Part shown: positions 28,501 through 39,366 of the stretch, one piece after another
Layout: each line of letters opens with the position of its first letter
Numbering within the stretch: the stretch's first letter is position 1
Origin: Phoronis australis
Taxonomy: Eukaryota > Animalia > Phoronida
Reading direction: 5' to 3'
Assembly (NCBI GenBank): GCA_002633005.1
Contig: NMRA01000588.1
Span: forward strand, 124,001 to 188,000
DNA: 64,000 bases
Position numbers and translations under genes: made by a program
The notes under the pieces: generated by a model
The model's database searches: none
Told to the model about the DNA's origin: nothing
What the model saw: only the letters and a program-made list of their open reading frames with translations

Positions 28501-31500
28501 TCCCAGGCGACCGGCAGTGGCGCTGCGCACTACGACTCAGTTTCCGTCGTCTGCTCCACTGTGCAATGAAGAAAATTTACTTCATTTTTTAAAGAAAATG
28601 GAACCTGAGTGACGATAAAAAAACAGAAGCTGCTGGTGAGATGGGAATTTTAATAGAAGCCTTAGTGAATCACTCAGAAACTCGCAATACTCTCTTTGTC
28701 AAACCTTATGTTAAGACGATTTCCAAAGCAATCCCCGGTCATTATTGCCAACACGAAAAACGGATTTGGTCTTTTGGGCATTTTAAGGCTATTTTAAATA
28801 CGACAAATTTGTTAAGAATTGATGGCACAAAACGTGTAATAAGCATTACAAAAAGAAGTAGGTTTCGCGCGCAAACGCTGTGGACCATAAACAAGTAGGT
28901 CTCTTAATTTGAGTTTAGTAGCTAAGTCGTGGTGGTGTAGTGGTAACGCACGCGCGCTCTATGCGCAAGGTTGTGAGTTCGAGTCTTTGGTACTTGCAGT
29001 TTTTCCTGTTTGACACGTTCTCCGTGTTTTTTTTTTGCCTTTTTTTCTTGGTTAATACTTCAGGAATCAAGGAAAATACTTGATTTTTAGAGGTCAAAAC
29101 AGAAAAATTTCCTGGGCAAACCCCCCTCCCGACCTCCCCCCATTCGGTGCTATGTGCATCTACAATCGTGGTTCAGTTTGCGCAAATGTTTACAGCCGGA
29201 CAAAATGTTGGGCCCCCCCTTGTGATATCCTAGATCCGCCACTGTCATGTACTACACAAGTCAACACTGGCGTGTATTTGACCGTGATACTCGAATGCCA
29301 GGGGTGAATTGCCAACCGAAATATCAAAAATTTCACCTTTGAGTATTCAAGATAAACTGTTTTCGTCAGAACGCTGACTGAGTCTCTGCATGGTCTTACC
29401 TGGGACTGAGTAAAGATGGTCCTTGGTCAAACTCGGATTGACATTTTGCCAGAATTATTTGGAAGTTTACTGGAACCTTTGTTGCAATAAAATAACGTTT
29501 CGCCGAACTTTTGGCGGAGTTTAAAATGTGATGTTTCTGCGCTTAGGCGCTAATTGTTTTGGACTCGCGCAGTAACTGCGCTAATGTCGCTATTTTGACG
29601 ACGTGGATGGAGCAACGCCTGCCAACACATTTTGTCGAGATTGAAGCGGCCGTATTCTTGTCGAAAAGATATGGATGTTAAATCGCGGTTTGGTGCACCG
29701 ACGTTCCTACGGGGCATAAATCATGTGCATGGAACTTAATCGTTCATTCGTTGCTTGTTCCAGTGTAATGACCAAACTGGTCATTGAAAATTGTCATTAC
29801 CTGCCAATATGTCCAGATTTTCCAATATTTTCCCGAACCTTATATGTTGAAACTGATTTATGAAGTGTTCCCTGACACTGACGTCACTACCCAGGGGTAT
29901 GAGTGCTGCTGTGAAGCTGTCCTTCATGTGCCGCAGAGGGAGACAATTCTGGTCTGTTTCCATCTCGTCCAACAGGGCCATCTCGTGATTCTTGTCCATC
30001 TCTCCACGCCACTCTTTCTGAGCACCGACGTGTTGTTCTAAAGCTCTTCTAACTTCAATGAAACACAAAGTGAAAACTAGCAATATAAAGTCAGTGAAAC
30101 CCGGCATTCACCGGCGTTAACAATGTATTTAACCGATATCAGCTAGTCCCACCTTAAATACGTCTATTCAGGCCCTTTTGAAGACACAAAGCTCTTGCGA
30201 AGTCGTTTTCATGAGACCAAACCTCCTGAATCTATTTCTTAAAGTTTTCCAAAAAGGTACCAAACAACATGATGTGGTCACGCGGCCACATATATTTTAC
30301 AACTAACGATATGATCTGCGTTTGCAGGCGTTTATTAGGAAATTACCGGCTTTGACGCAAAACAAAAAACAAATCACTGTATAGTTACTGTATGTTATTT
30401 ATTTGCCTTCCTGATCCTTAGTTTTCACAGATAAGTAGGTCTAAATATGTACAGCTCATTAAGACACTGTTACATAACAATCATAATGGATTGTAGTACA
30501 CTACCTTGGTCTATTGTCGGTATTTCATTGTCCCGGGAATAGCCTGTCATTTGTCTGTCAGGGGATTTGTGCGGTTCCTTCACAATGTAGTGATACAAAC
30601 GGTCCTTCAACAAACCATTCCTCGTGAACGATCCAAATCTGACAACAACATATACCAGTAAGCACTGATCACAATCGCAGATTTTTATTGAGCAGTGACT
30701 GCTCTACGAACAGTACGGTCGGAACATTTTCTAACCAACTCAGAGAATGGTAACGCACAAGACACAAAAATTGATTCAAGTTCAGAACGATGTACATTTC
30801 AATGCGTTATGTGTCAGACAAGTGTGATGTGTTCTGATGAGTTTGACAATGAGGATTTCAAGGAAATTTTCCAAAATATCAGATTTAACAATTTCGTAAA
30901 CAAAAATTTTATCGTTTTTCGCGTTTCATGATCAATGAAATGGTTTTGAGGTCACAAGGCTCGTAGGATAATATTCGTTCGAAGTTCAAAAGCTTCGTTG
31001 ACTGCTGGGGCCCAAAATCACGGTAACATAGGCCCAGTACGCCTAGCTGTATCGTCACGAAGGTGAAAACTAACCGAACAAAGTCATTTAGATGCATTAG
31101 TAGCTGGTGAAAATTTGTCCTAGTAAGCAAGTCTCTGCATTCCATTTTTTATTACGGAGTGACCGTCAGTGACGGTATCACGTGAAGACATCGAACGAGC
31201 CATTCGCCTGGTTCACGTTATTTCCCGTTGTCATCTGGTATATTTGCCCACTCATTATTCCTTTTGTTCACCACAACAAAGGCAGCTAACACTTAGAACG
31301 TCGACAAAAGTATACACACTATCAAGTCATTAACCAACTAAAGTGTATTCACACGACACAATAGCCTATTGCCAGCAGCGGACGGCCTAAATCGTGGCTG
31401 AACCTGGACGAGAAGTGGGAAATTTCGGTTTGAACTGCGTTGTCGTAGAACTTGTCCGGTGCGGACATTTGTTTAACATTCAAAAGTAAATTCAAGTAAT

Positions 31501-31676
31501 GTATGAAATCACAGTTCTCTCAGTCTGCTTCGATTGTTCATTGAGAAACGTGAAATAACGTGGTTAGCTATTTCATTACCTCAACGTCTTGTGCAAAGAC
31601 ATGGATAGTGTGAATACATACAAGTTCTGTAAAATGTACACGTTAACCAAACAAACCTTCTAAAGAACGCGGCCAT
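19457..31676 (-). CDS. ACOT9: Acyl-CoA thioesterase 9, mitochondrial-like (double hotdog fold), 12 coding exons, 442 aa
   Basis: Exons 31657-31676, 30505-30638, 29801-30052, 27568-27660, 26077-26254, 23748-23812, 22857-22968, 21492-21582, 21076-21161, 20572-20659, 20013-20166 and 19457-19512; all GT-AG with matching phases, total 1329 nt. Motifs LPLRHMKDSF, RFGKILENLD, SPLCIVTALVDRI, FVMVAR, ERNLYNKVFGGFLMRKA, PFCVAVDDILFGKPVDIGSLLYLSSQ and TNVFHFTF match ACOT9 as I recall it. Confidence 0.95.
20013..20166 (-). CDS. ACOT9: ACOT9-like exon 11 (VVYTDG...TNVFHFTF...PKSYA)
   Basis: caccag acceptor, gtaaaa donor, conserved motif. Confidence 0.93.
20572..20659 (-). CDS. ACOT9: ACOT9-like exon 10 (SKSRPFCVAVDDILFGKPVDIGSLLYLSSQ)
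   Basis: tttcag acceptor, gtaaac donor. Confidence 0.93.
21076..21161 (-). CDS. ACOT9: ACOT9-like exon 9 (ERNLYNKVFGGFLMRKATELAWATALVH)
   Basis: ttacag acceptor, gtatgc donor; second hotdog-domain signature. Confidence 0.93.
21492..21582 (-). CDS. ACOT9: ACOT9-like exon 8 (SGSFKVRVKPEGSVWMEDTKLKNVIICFPQ)
   Basis: tttcag acceptor, gtattt donor. Confidence 0.92.
22793..22856. repeat. Tandem duplication at the ACOT9 exon 7 donor (ACAGCCACTCGCATGTGACCTA x2)
   Basis: ~30-bp period repeat read directly. Confidence 0.8.
22857..22968 (-). CDS. ACOT9: ACOT9-like exon 7 (DNKLLREEQERQSLIKTPPTYEERHLIHQLFLSTVDE)
   Basis: ttccag acceptor, gtaggt donor, phases 1/2 fit neighbouring exons. Confidence 0.92.
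23068..23186. repeat. Dispersed repeat, copy 2 (intronic)
   Basis: Homologous to 8581-8681 with a ~16-bp insertion. Confidence 0.8.
23748..23812 (-). CDS. ACOT9: ACOT9-like exon 6 (AVVNPLAPDGPEEEKLFEKGK)
   Basis: ttacag acceptor, gtacac donor. Confidence 0.92.
24393..25450. mobile_element. Academ-like non-autonomous DNA transposon with ~150-bp imperfect TIRs
   Basis: TAGTCTAGTTGCCA...TGGCAACTAGACTG termini; long internal inverted match (GGTTGCACTTTGTGCAACTTTGAGCATTTTT vs AAAAATGCTCAAAGTTGCACTAAGTGCAACC); 3-bp TSD ATG at 24390-24392 and 25451-25453; superfamily inferred from the TAG terminus and 3-bp TSD. Confidence 0.8.
26077..26254 (-). CDS. ACOT9: ACOT9-like exon 5 (DLKELDLLPDCDIKLHGFVSGFGKSSIEV...FVMVARGPKNV)
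   Basis: ctccag acceptor, gtaagc donor. Confidence 0.92.
27568..27660 (-). CDS. ACOT9: ACOT9-like exon 4 (VATSYKHNLDPSKGDDQKSPLCIVTALVDRI)
   Basis: tttcag acceptor, gtaagt donor. Confidence 0.93.
28924..29004 (+). pseudogene. Degenerate tRNA-like sequence (tRNA pseudogene or SINE head)
   Basis: A-box TGGTGTAGTGGT (28933-28944), B-box GAGTTCGAGTC (28975-28985), D-stem GTGT/ACGC, GCGC/GCGC anticodon stem, downstream T-run; acceptor and T stems pair poorly. Confidence 0.6.
29050..29244. mobile_element. GC-rich MITE, truncated copy (right end only)
   Basis: End TTGGGCCCCCCCTTGTGATATCCTAGATCCGCCACTG is nearly identical to the end of the 296-614 element; left TIR not found. Confidence 0.7.
29801..30052 (-). 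CDS. ACOT9: ACOT9-like exon 3 (VRRALEQHVGA...MKDSF...RFGKILENLDILA)
   Basis: tgaag acceptor, gtaatg donor; first hotdog-domain signature. Confidence 0.93.
30505..30638 (-). CDS. ACOT9: ACOT9-like exon 2 (FGSFTRNGLLKDRLYHYIVK...IPTIDQ)
   Basis: gtcag acceptor, gtagtg donor, open frame, phases 2/1 fit. Confidence 0.8.
31657..31676 (-). CDS. ACOT9: ACOT9-like exon 1 (MAAFFRR; start of mitochondrial presequence)
   Basis: Kozak-like GACATGG, donor AG|gtttgt, phase 2 matches exon 2; Arg-rich, acid-free N-terminus. Confidence 0.75.
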
Positions 31677-31803
31677 GTCTCGTTTTTTTTGTGGTCAATC
31701 AGTTGTCACCCTCTTCACCAGCGACAGTTCCACAAACATGATTCAAAACTGGTCATGAAGTATTTTTATTCCCAGGAAAATCCAGAATGACTGGCGGTGC
31801 TTT

Positions 31804-31835
31804 CAAGTGCTCTGGGAAATTCCCAAAATGCCTTG
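31804..31835. promoter_or_regulatory. Inverted pair of ZNF143/Staf-like (SBS) motifs upstream of ACOT9
   Basis: TTCCCAAAATGCCTTG on plus (31820-31835) and TTCCCAGAGCACTTG on minus (31804-31818), ~130-160 bp upstream of the ATG. Confidence 0.45.
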
Positions 31836-34715
31836 GAAAAAAAAACGCGCGACCTGTAGAGAAATAAATCGGAAAAAGCAACACTTCGCTGCGAATTTTT
31901 TTGGGAAAAGACATCCATCCGTATCGGAAAATCTTGGGGTGACAACTGATCACCTCGGCATCTAAATGGCACGTCACTCAAGGTCCAGGGCTTGTAATGA
32001 CCCATGACAAAAAACGAGGAAAATTTTCACGGCCCCAAATGCACATTGCAATCTAAACAATCACACCTCAACAGATCAAAAGTAAACATTGTTATCACAA
32101 GATGCCCTGTAAACAATTTGGTGTTGGCAAAACGCATTCATGTTCACCTTAATTTCAGCATCAATAATTTGGACACAAGGTGTAAATCATAATGTGAACA
32201 TGTATTATGCATTAAATGTCTATAAAATCACATCTTATACTACTGATATAGATGTTCTTCCAACTAAATGTGGGCCTACGACTGACATTTTTTTCATTTA
32301 AAACTCCAAAACATCAAAACTTCAAAACATAATACATCATTACTTCCAAGATGTAGATCATAATGCACACAATCAGGTATAAGATGTCATACAACTACAA
32401 CTGCCAAATTGTTTTAACTAAATAAACGTTCCAAAACTTAATAACGTAATACACGATAACCTTTCTGCCAGTGCCATGCCAATGAACCAATACTACCAAC
32501 ATGTAGATCATAATGTACATTATTTTGTAATATACACTTTACTCGATCCAGTAACTTTGGTGCAGCTGAGAGTGGCAGGGAATTCTCAGCAATGAAGGCA
32601 ATTAGATGCAACAAAAGATACTTATTAAAATTAAAAAATAGAGATAATGATGCAACATTTGCAGTATGAGTGACAAAAGCTTAGTATTCTTGATTTACTG
32701 CAGAGATCTATAAAATTATTTTCAGTTCTTATAATTACGATACAAGATTATAAAAAAATGAAAAATGAGATTATCTGGAAAGCCTGAAATACACACATTT
32801 AATTCCAACAAAAAATTAATTTTAACGTAAATGACGAAAACGTGTGGCTCATACAGCAACTGTTAGCATGGAAAAATGAAAGTAAAAAACAACATACTTT
32901 AAACTATAGAATTCATCAACCATAATCCTAACAAAATTGTCCAAACTTTTCACTTTCAAGCAGTAAATACACGTGTTAATTGTTCATAATTCACGCTGGT
33001 GTAGAACAAACTGTGTGACTCATTTTACACAAGAAATAAATACCAGGACCCTGAAAATAGGCTGGCAGACTTTTTTGTAAACAATGGCCTTGACCAATCA
33101 GATCATTCAGAACCAGTCACGTAACCACTTCTCTCTTGATCTGCAAAACTCGAGTCGGGTCAGAATAAGGCATTTTTACAAAATAAAACATGAAAAATCT
33201 CGAAATAAATTGGAATTTATCAACGGCAATTTAAAACATATTTGCAGTAACGAAAATAGCACTTTGTATCCCTGTCGGGCAGCAAATAAAATTGGATTCA
33301 AGTCTAGCAGTCAACTTGGGGCAAGTACTGGCCGGGCTTGCACGTGCGATCAAACACTAAAGAATTCAGCATCACTCACATTACACGATTCCAAGGCCAT
33401 TACATTCCGAATCCAACGAATTAACAGTTGAATTTCCTTTCAGAAAGCGTTTTTCTTTCTTGTGTGCCACTTGAGGTGATTCAGCCACGCATCGTTTTCA
33501 GGTGGTCCTCCAGTCCAAGGCGATTCGACAACGCACGCCATAATTGTCCTAACAAGAGAAAAATGCGGAAATCCGAGTTTCCGCGGAAAATTCCAAGCCT
33601 TGTTATACCTGTTTCAGTTCTGGGCAAAAGGCCGTACCAGTAACATGTCGCCAACTGTAGGCTCGTGTCTACTAGTAGTCACATATAAGCAAGCTTAGCG
33701 TTACTAAAAGATTGTTTATGTTGGCCAAATGTTGACCAGCACTATATTGGCAGGCTGTCGAATTTTCCGGAGAAAATCTGAGTGTTGTGGACGAAATAGT
33801 CCAGTTCCTGATTTATTTCAACTCAAAACGAACGAATACAAAAATATCAAGTTCTCTTGTTCCACGTAAAAGAATGACCTAACTGAAAAAAGACTACCCG
33901 TTTCGTAAATCGGGTGGCTGCTAATAGGAAACACCAAATCTAAGTGTGTACCAAAAATCTCCGACTAAATTTATGAACCCGGCACTCAGTATCACTGGAC
34001 TGAAATCCAGACACGCCCCAAAATTGTGACATAACGAGGGACTGTTGATTTTGATGAATTCAAGTGGCCAACAAAAGCTACGTCACCGGGACACTGAATA
34101 AAACAGTTAGTTCTGGTCTACTCTTAAAGGATCTGGCCCCATCAGTTCTAGTAAATTTTTGAACTTTCTTCCAGGAGCCAGGCAAACGCATGCAAGCAAG
34201 CAAGCTTTTAAAGGTCACCAATAAATGGTAATTTTTTAGAAAAACGAACAAGAAAAATATCACACCACTGCCCGCATCAATTTTGTTGAAAAAATGCACA
34301 AGAACCAACTATGTTTTTGGCCTAAGCTATTCACGCTGTGCTCATGTTCCTTTGTTAGTAAATAAATAAAAAAATTATCTCAGTCCTGAACCATGCAGGC
34401 TCTTGGTGCTTTATAATGTTGCCCTGGGATTAATAAACAAAGATTTCGTACTTTTGGATACTGACATATCTTGTTACACTTGCCACTCTGAACTGATGTG
34501 ATCATGCAAAATAAATACAAAAGTATATATTTCTTCAATAGATAATTCATCAAAATGTTACTATTAATAAAACCACAATCACAAATAATTTTTTCGTCTT
34601 CTAATTCACTATGTGATAACGATGAACCAACACAAACATAAAACGTGCACAAATGACTACGATCTTCTCACTTATATAATGTGTAAACTGGTCATATCAA
34701 AGAACAGGTAATGGG

Positions 34716-34745
34716 CTCTAACCTCTAACCTCTAACCTCTAACCT
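34716..34745. repeat. (CTCTAAC)x4 heptamer repeat
   Basis: Read directly. Confidence 0.85.
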
Positions 34746-35087
34746 AAAAACAGGAAGGAAAACAATTTACAAAGTTGACACTGCACATGGCTTCTAATCC
34801 ATTGATAACAACTTGTTCTTTAGTTGCTGACAAATATTTCTTATTTTCAAACATCTCATAGTCAGTGATATTAGCTACTTCTGCTTTGTAGTTTGCACAA
34901 CTAAAACATAAACTGACTGATTGATCAGTTTATTGATTGGTTGATTCTTGGTAAATTATTCCCTGCAGTCACATATGAGCTGAAATGGAACGACATTTCC
35001 TAGTAACAAATCTGATAACATATTTTCAAACATGAAGGTAGTTGTGTTGTTTTGAAAAAAGGCGCTGGCCATATTCTGAAAAGGTTC

Positions 35088-35158
35088 AAATAAACATATG
35101 GATGAACATGATAACAAGAGTCAAATAAACATATGGAAGACCATGATAACAAGGGTCA
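35088..35158. repeat. 35-bp tandem duplication overlapping the stop codon of the second ACOT9 copy
   Basis: AAATAAACATATGGA.GA.CATGATAACAAG.GTCA x2. Confidence 0.8.
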
Positions 35159-35226
35159 CATTAACAACTTGGAGTTCTCGTCTGCTTCATCATAATGCCT
35201 TTTACCGTCCAAATACATCATTGATT
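35156..35226 (-). CDS. ACOT9: Terminal coding exon of a second ACOT9 paralog (ESMMYLDGKRHYDEADENSKLLM*); upstream exons not visible
   Basis: Strong acceptor ttttctttttcag, same phase 1 and homologous peptide to 19457-19512; AATAAA on minus at 34929-34934; assembly gap 235 bp upstream. Confidence 0.85.
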
Positions 35227-35461
35227 CTGAAAAAGAAAATGAAAAAGATTAAACAGCACTGACAAAGAAATTTTGTCATGAACTTAGCAATAAAATACTT
35301 TATTTGATGAGGAGAGCTTTAGAACAGAGAATTATATTTTTTTGAAAATGCCACACATTGTCCAACAGGGGGGTTTGTAAACAGGGAACAGCAAAAAAGA
35401 GAGCTGGGGTTTTACATGGGTGGGTTTGTAGCGAAAATTTGTGTATAAGCCCACTGAGGCA

Positions 35462-35669
35462 NNNNNNNNNNNNNNNNNNNNNNNNNNNNNNNNNNNNNNN
35501 NNNNNNNNNNNNNNNNNNNNNNNNNNNNNNNNNNNNNNNNNNNNNNNNNNNNNNNNNNNNNNNNNNNNNNNNNNNNNNNNNNNNNNNNNNNNNNNNNNNN
35601 NNNNNNNNNNNNNNNNNNNNNNNNNNNNNNNNNNNNNNNNNNNNNNNNNNNNNNNNNNNNNNNNNNNNN
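35462..35669. other. Assembly gap (208 N)
   Basis: Run of N. Confidence 1.
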
Positions 35670-38600
35670 AATAAAATGGCTGCCGAAGGCAGTGCACATT
35701 TGAAATAACTCGGCACAAATTAAAGAAAACTTCCGAATCGATGAATGCGGTATATCTGTGAGAGTTAAATCGAATCCTATTCAGATCATAACTTTGAAGT
35801 GGAATAATTCGGTGAGTACAACAGCAAGTCGGTTTTATGCTTAGGCGGACGAACATTGGGCTCCCCAGTATACCTACTAGTAATTATCGGACGGACCCTA
35901 AATATCGGACATTACATTAAATCTTACTTGAAGCATAATCTGAGAAATATGACATAAATTTTTGTTCCGTTGTAATGCATTCAATGTCCGGCACTGTCTC
36001 GTTTTTTTCTAGCGTTGCCTCGTTTTGATTTTACCGAGAGAAGGTGCAATTAGGGCACTAGTCGGATATAATGGACCCTAACTTATTCCAAATAAACCCA
36101 CTAAATGTAGGTCTAAATGAATGATTTTGGTATCGTTGCATTCCTCAGACATCTGGCTATCCATACAAACCCTTTTCACTACCCTCAATTACTCTAGTCT
36201 TTAACTACGCCATTCCAAACTTGGTCCACTTTAGCCACACGCATCGTGAAATCGGCAACCTGACAAAATTCCCAGCCAAAGGCCCCAGGTCGCCAAATGG
36301 GAACTGAGGTTGCCAAACCTCGTGGCAAGAGCTAAAAATGAAATAATTGAGTCCTTTACCTGAAGTGCAAAAGGTGAGCTTGGCCATCAGATGCTGGCGC
36401 TACCCGAGATTGCCACTTGCTCGAATGGAAATTAGGGAGTGTTTCGCGTATTGGGTAATGACCAGTTTGCAACTCTCAGGCCAAATATCCCATGTTCGGG
36501 CTCACCTGAGGCTCAAGAACAAGATGGCACTATGCGATTTCTGCTGAGAGATTCCTACTTTTGTCACATTACTTCTGAGTGCTAATGTTACCACCCAGGG
36601 AATGGCACATTTCAGAATCTGTTTGGACTTGATGTAGCCAGGTGATCATGAATTGGGTTGGAGGTCCAAAATGGGTTTCCCCATCTTTATTATACGGTAC
36701 TTTAGTTTAACAAGGAAAAACTATGTCTGTTAAAGAATCCTAGGCCAGTGTTTTCACCTGACAATGTATGCAATGCATTGTCACTTTAAGAAGAAACTGT
36801 GGTCAGTAAAGTTAGCGGTAGTGAATCTCACTGGGGAAGTATTAAATGAACGTTGACCCACTACATCAAAATAAAATAAAGAGTTTGACCCAAAAACAAG
36901 AGCTAGGGTGTCATTGATAGCGCTCTATGGTGCTTTCATAAAAACATTCTTTAACCACACGTTTGACTTTGAAAATGTCCAGAGCGTGACCTTGATGAAA
37001 CCGTTCGGATTTTTAGTTCCCATACTGGCTCTGCATGAACCCTATCCAATTCAGTGTTTTCATGATTTTTCTTGTTTGAGAATCTTCCTTGGAAAGTGAA
37101 CTTTCTCACTTAAGCACTTTTCTAATACCAGGGTCCAGGATCTGATTTCCAGACTCCATTCTGTGTGGTGACTTCGTGGTCAATTAGGATTTTTGCTAGG
37201 TCGCCAAACAAAATCTGAGATCGCATTGAGCGCTAAATAAATTATGACTATGATTTTTCATGAAAAATCTCAAAATTTTCATAAACCAAAAGCCAAATTA
37301 TAATTTTGAAAACTGTAACAGCATTCTTGAGAATACTTATTGAACATTTGTATCAAACAATATTCAGAAAGTTTTACGTGGCAAATTATTTGTTTTTCCA
37401 CCTCCACCATAAAGTTTGTTAAGTTGATGGTAATACGAATCAGTAGAAATGTTGGTGGTTTATGAAGTCTTATGGGTTTGGTGATTTGTTTACTGTTAGT
37501 GTTTAAAACGGTCAATAGTGGTCAAAGATCTAGACAGCTGGTTTGTTTGATTGGTTAGATATGCAATCATACCAAATCTCCCCATACGCAAAGTTGGCGA
37601 TGTTTCTTGCGGGTGCTGTGACACAAAATATAACTCGCTAACATTGAAAAACGAGCCCGTATCATTCAACGTTAATTTCAAAATTTCGTACATGGTTTAT
37701 TTTGTGGTGTTTTTAGTAATTCTTGAGTTTGGGATGTCCAGTATTACCTATTTGTAAAATTTAGTGCATGCTGAGATCTTGAGCAAAGTAATTACTTAGT
37801 CACTTTACCCAGACGTGGGGAATTTTCACCTTGTATTAAATGAAATTTGGTCCACGATCCTCTCTTTTTGCTAGATTTTTTGCCTAAGACATGATCACAT
37901 GACTCCAATAACAGCGATTGGTATAAAGTCAAAAATCAAATTCTAAAGCTTTCTGCATTCAGAGACTTTTCCTGCTCAACTTAAAATGTGTGGTTGAAAT
38001 TTTTAATTTGGCGCTTGTTTCTGTCAAAGTCTGGTTCACATGTGATATTCCTGTGGGCCGTATATGATTGATAACTGTTACAGTTGCTGCTCTTGATAAA
38101 TTCTGGTCATTCACTTGCAAATGGTTACTAAGAAACATTTGGCACAAAGCAAACAGTTGTTTGTGAGATTACCAGTCTGCAATTCATGATCATTTCAGGT
38201 CACTGATAAGCCTTCATTTCTTTTGAGACCATTTACAATGTTACAAAAGCTTAGACTTACCCTAGAGTCCTGGAGTCCCCAATAATGCCATTTCTAGTTA
38301 GATTCACTAGGATACCAACAATGAAGAAAGAGCTCTACCTGAAATTTACCTGGTCTCTACTTGCTACTAGCAGATTTCTCGGCAACGAGATTCGTATTTA
38401 AATGGCCAGTGGTTAGTTAGGGTCGCCGAATGTACAAAAACTGGGCAGAATAAAAGTCAATTCTATTTTGAAAGTTCAAAAGTTCAATGCTACTTTATAA
38501 ACCCTGTCCAATTTAGAAGATCTCGTGTGTTTGCATTCTAAATTGAGTTCTTGCAGCATGAATGCAGTGCTAATATAAGGAAATCAACTCTTTTGTGCAT

Positions 38601-39246
38601 ATTCGTAAATCAAGCATTTTTTAAAATCTAATCCTATTGGCCATTAACGAAACAAACCCAGTTGCATTTATGTGCAATCCATTTATCACTTCCCGTGATA
38701 TTTACAGTTACTAGTACCCAAACTTCGGATCAGTAAGTTCCTTTTGTCATTTCCGGTTCCAATACAGTCTGTGTGCTGTGAACTCATGTCAGTGTGGATG
38801 GTCATTCACATTACTTTCACAACCCTAGCCTGGTACAGTAATTGTTCGCTTGCTTAACATACGTGGCCGACATATAACGCCTATTTTGTCAAAAAATTCT
38901 CCACAAAATATGGAGATTAAGAAAGTTTTAGTTAAATATTACTAACGTGGTTAGCAGTGTGTATATCTTACAGGTAGGTTATCATTCTTCGGAAATGGAA
39001 AAACAGTCATTTTGGAAATTTATTTTGTGCAAAATAAGTGGAGACTTTCCGCACTCAGGTTCACATTACTCAGTGGAGTTTGAGCAGGTGACTAGAACTG
39101 AGCCAGACTCAAGACTGAATGTAATTTTCACTGACTGGGTGATCCCCTTGTGCAATAAATAAAACAGCAAATACTGGGTTGTTTCAAATCTTTGCCACTG
39201 CTCTTTACACTAATCCGTCCTCACATGTAATATCTGTCTGTTTCAG

Positions 39247-39366
39247 TTGGCTGCCTTTCAGCGGAAAAAGACGCGCAAAAAGAAAAAGAAAACTGACGGC
39301 GGGGACACAGCCAGCGAATCATCATTTGGGGAGGTTTCTTTGACCTCCTCGTTATCATACGAAGAG
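39247..39366 (+). CDS. AKAP9: AKAP9/PCNT-like exon (LAAFQRKKTRKKKKKTDGG...SYEE)
   Basis: tttcag acceptor, gtaaga donor, phase 0-0. Confidence 0.85.

Noticed and set aside
34716-34745. (CTCTAAC)4 as an interstitial telomere
   Set aside because: Heptamer rather than TTAGGG, and only four units
35156-35173. SKL near the C-terminus of ACOT9 copy 2 as a peroxisomal PTS1
   Set aside because: The protein ends SKLLM; PTS1 must be the last three residues
35300-35856. ORFs spanning the N run
   Set aside because: Artefacts of translating Ns
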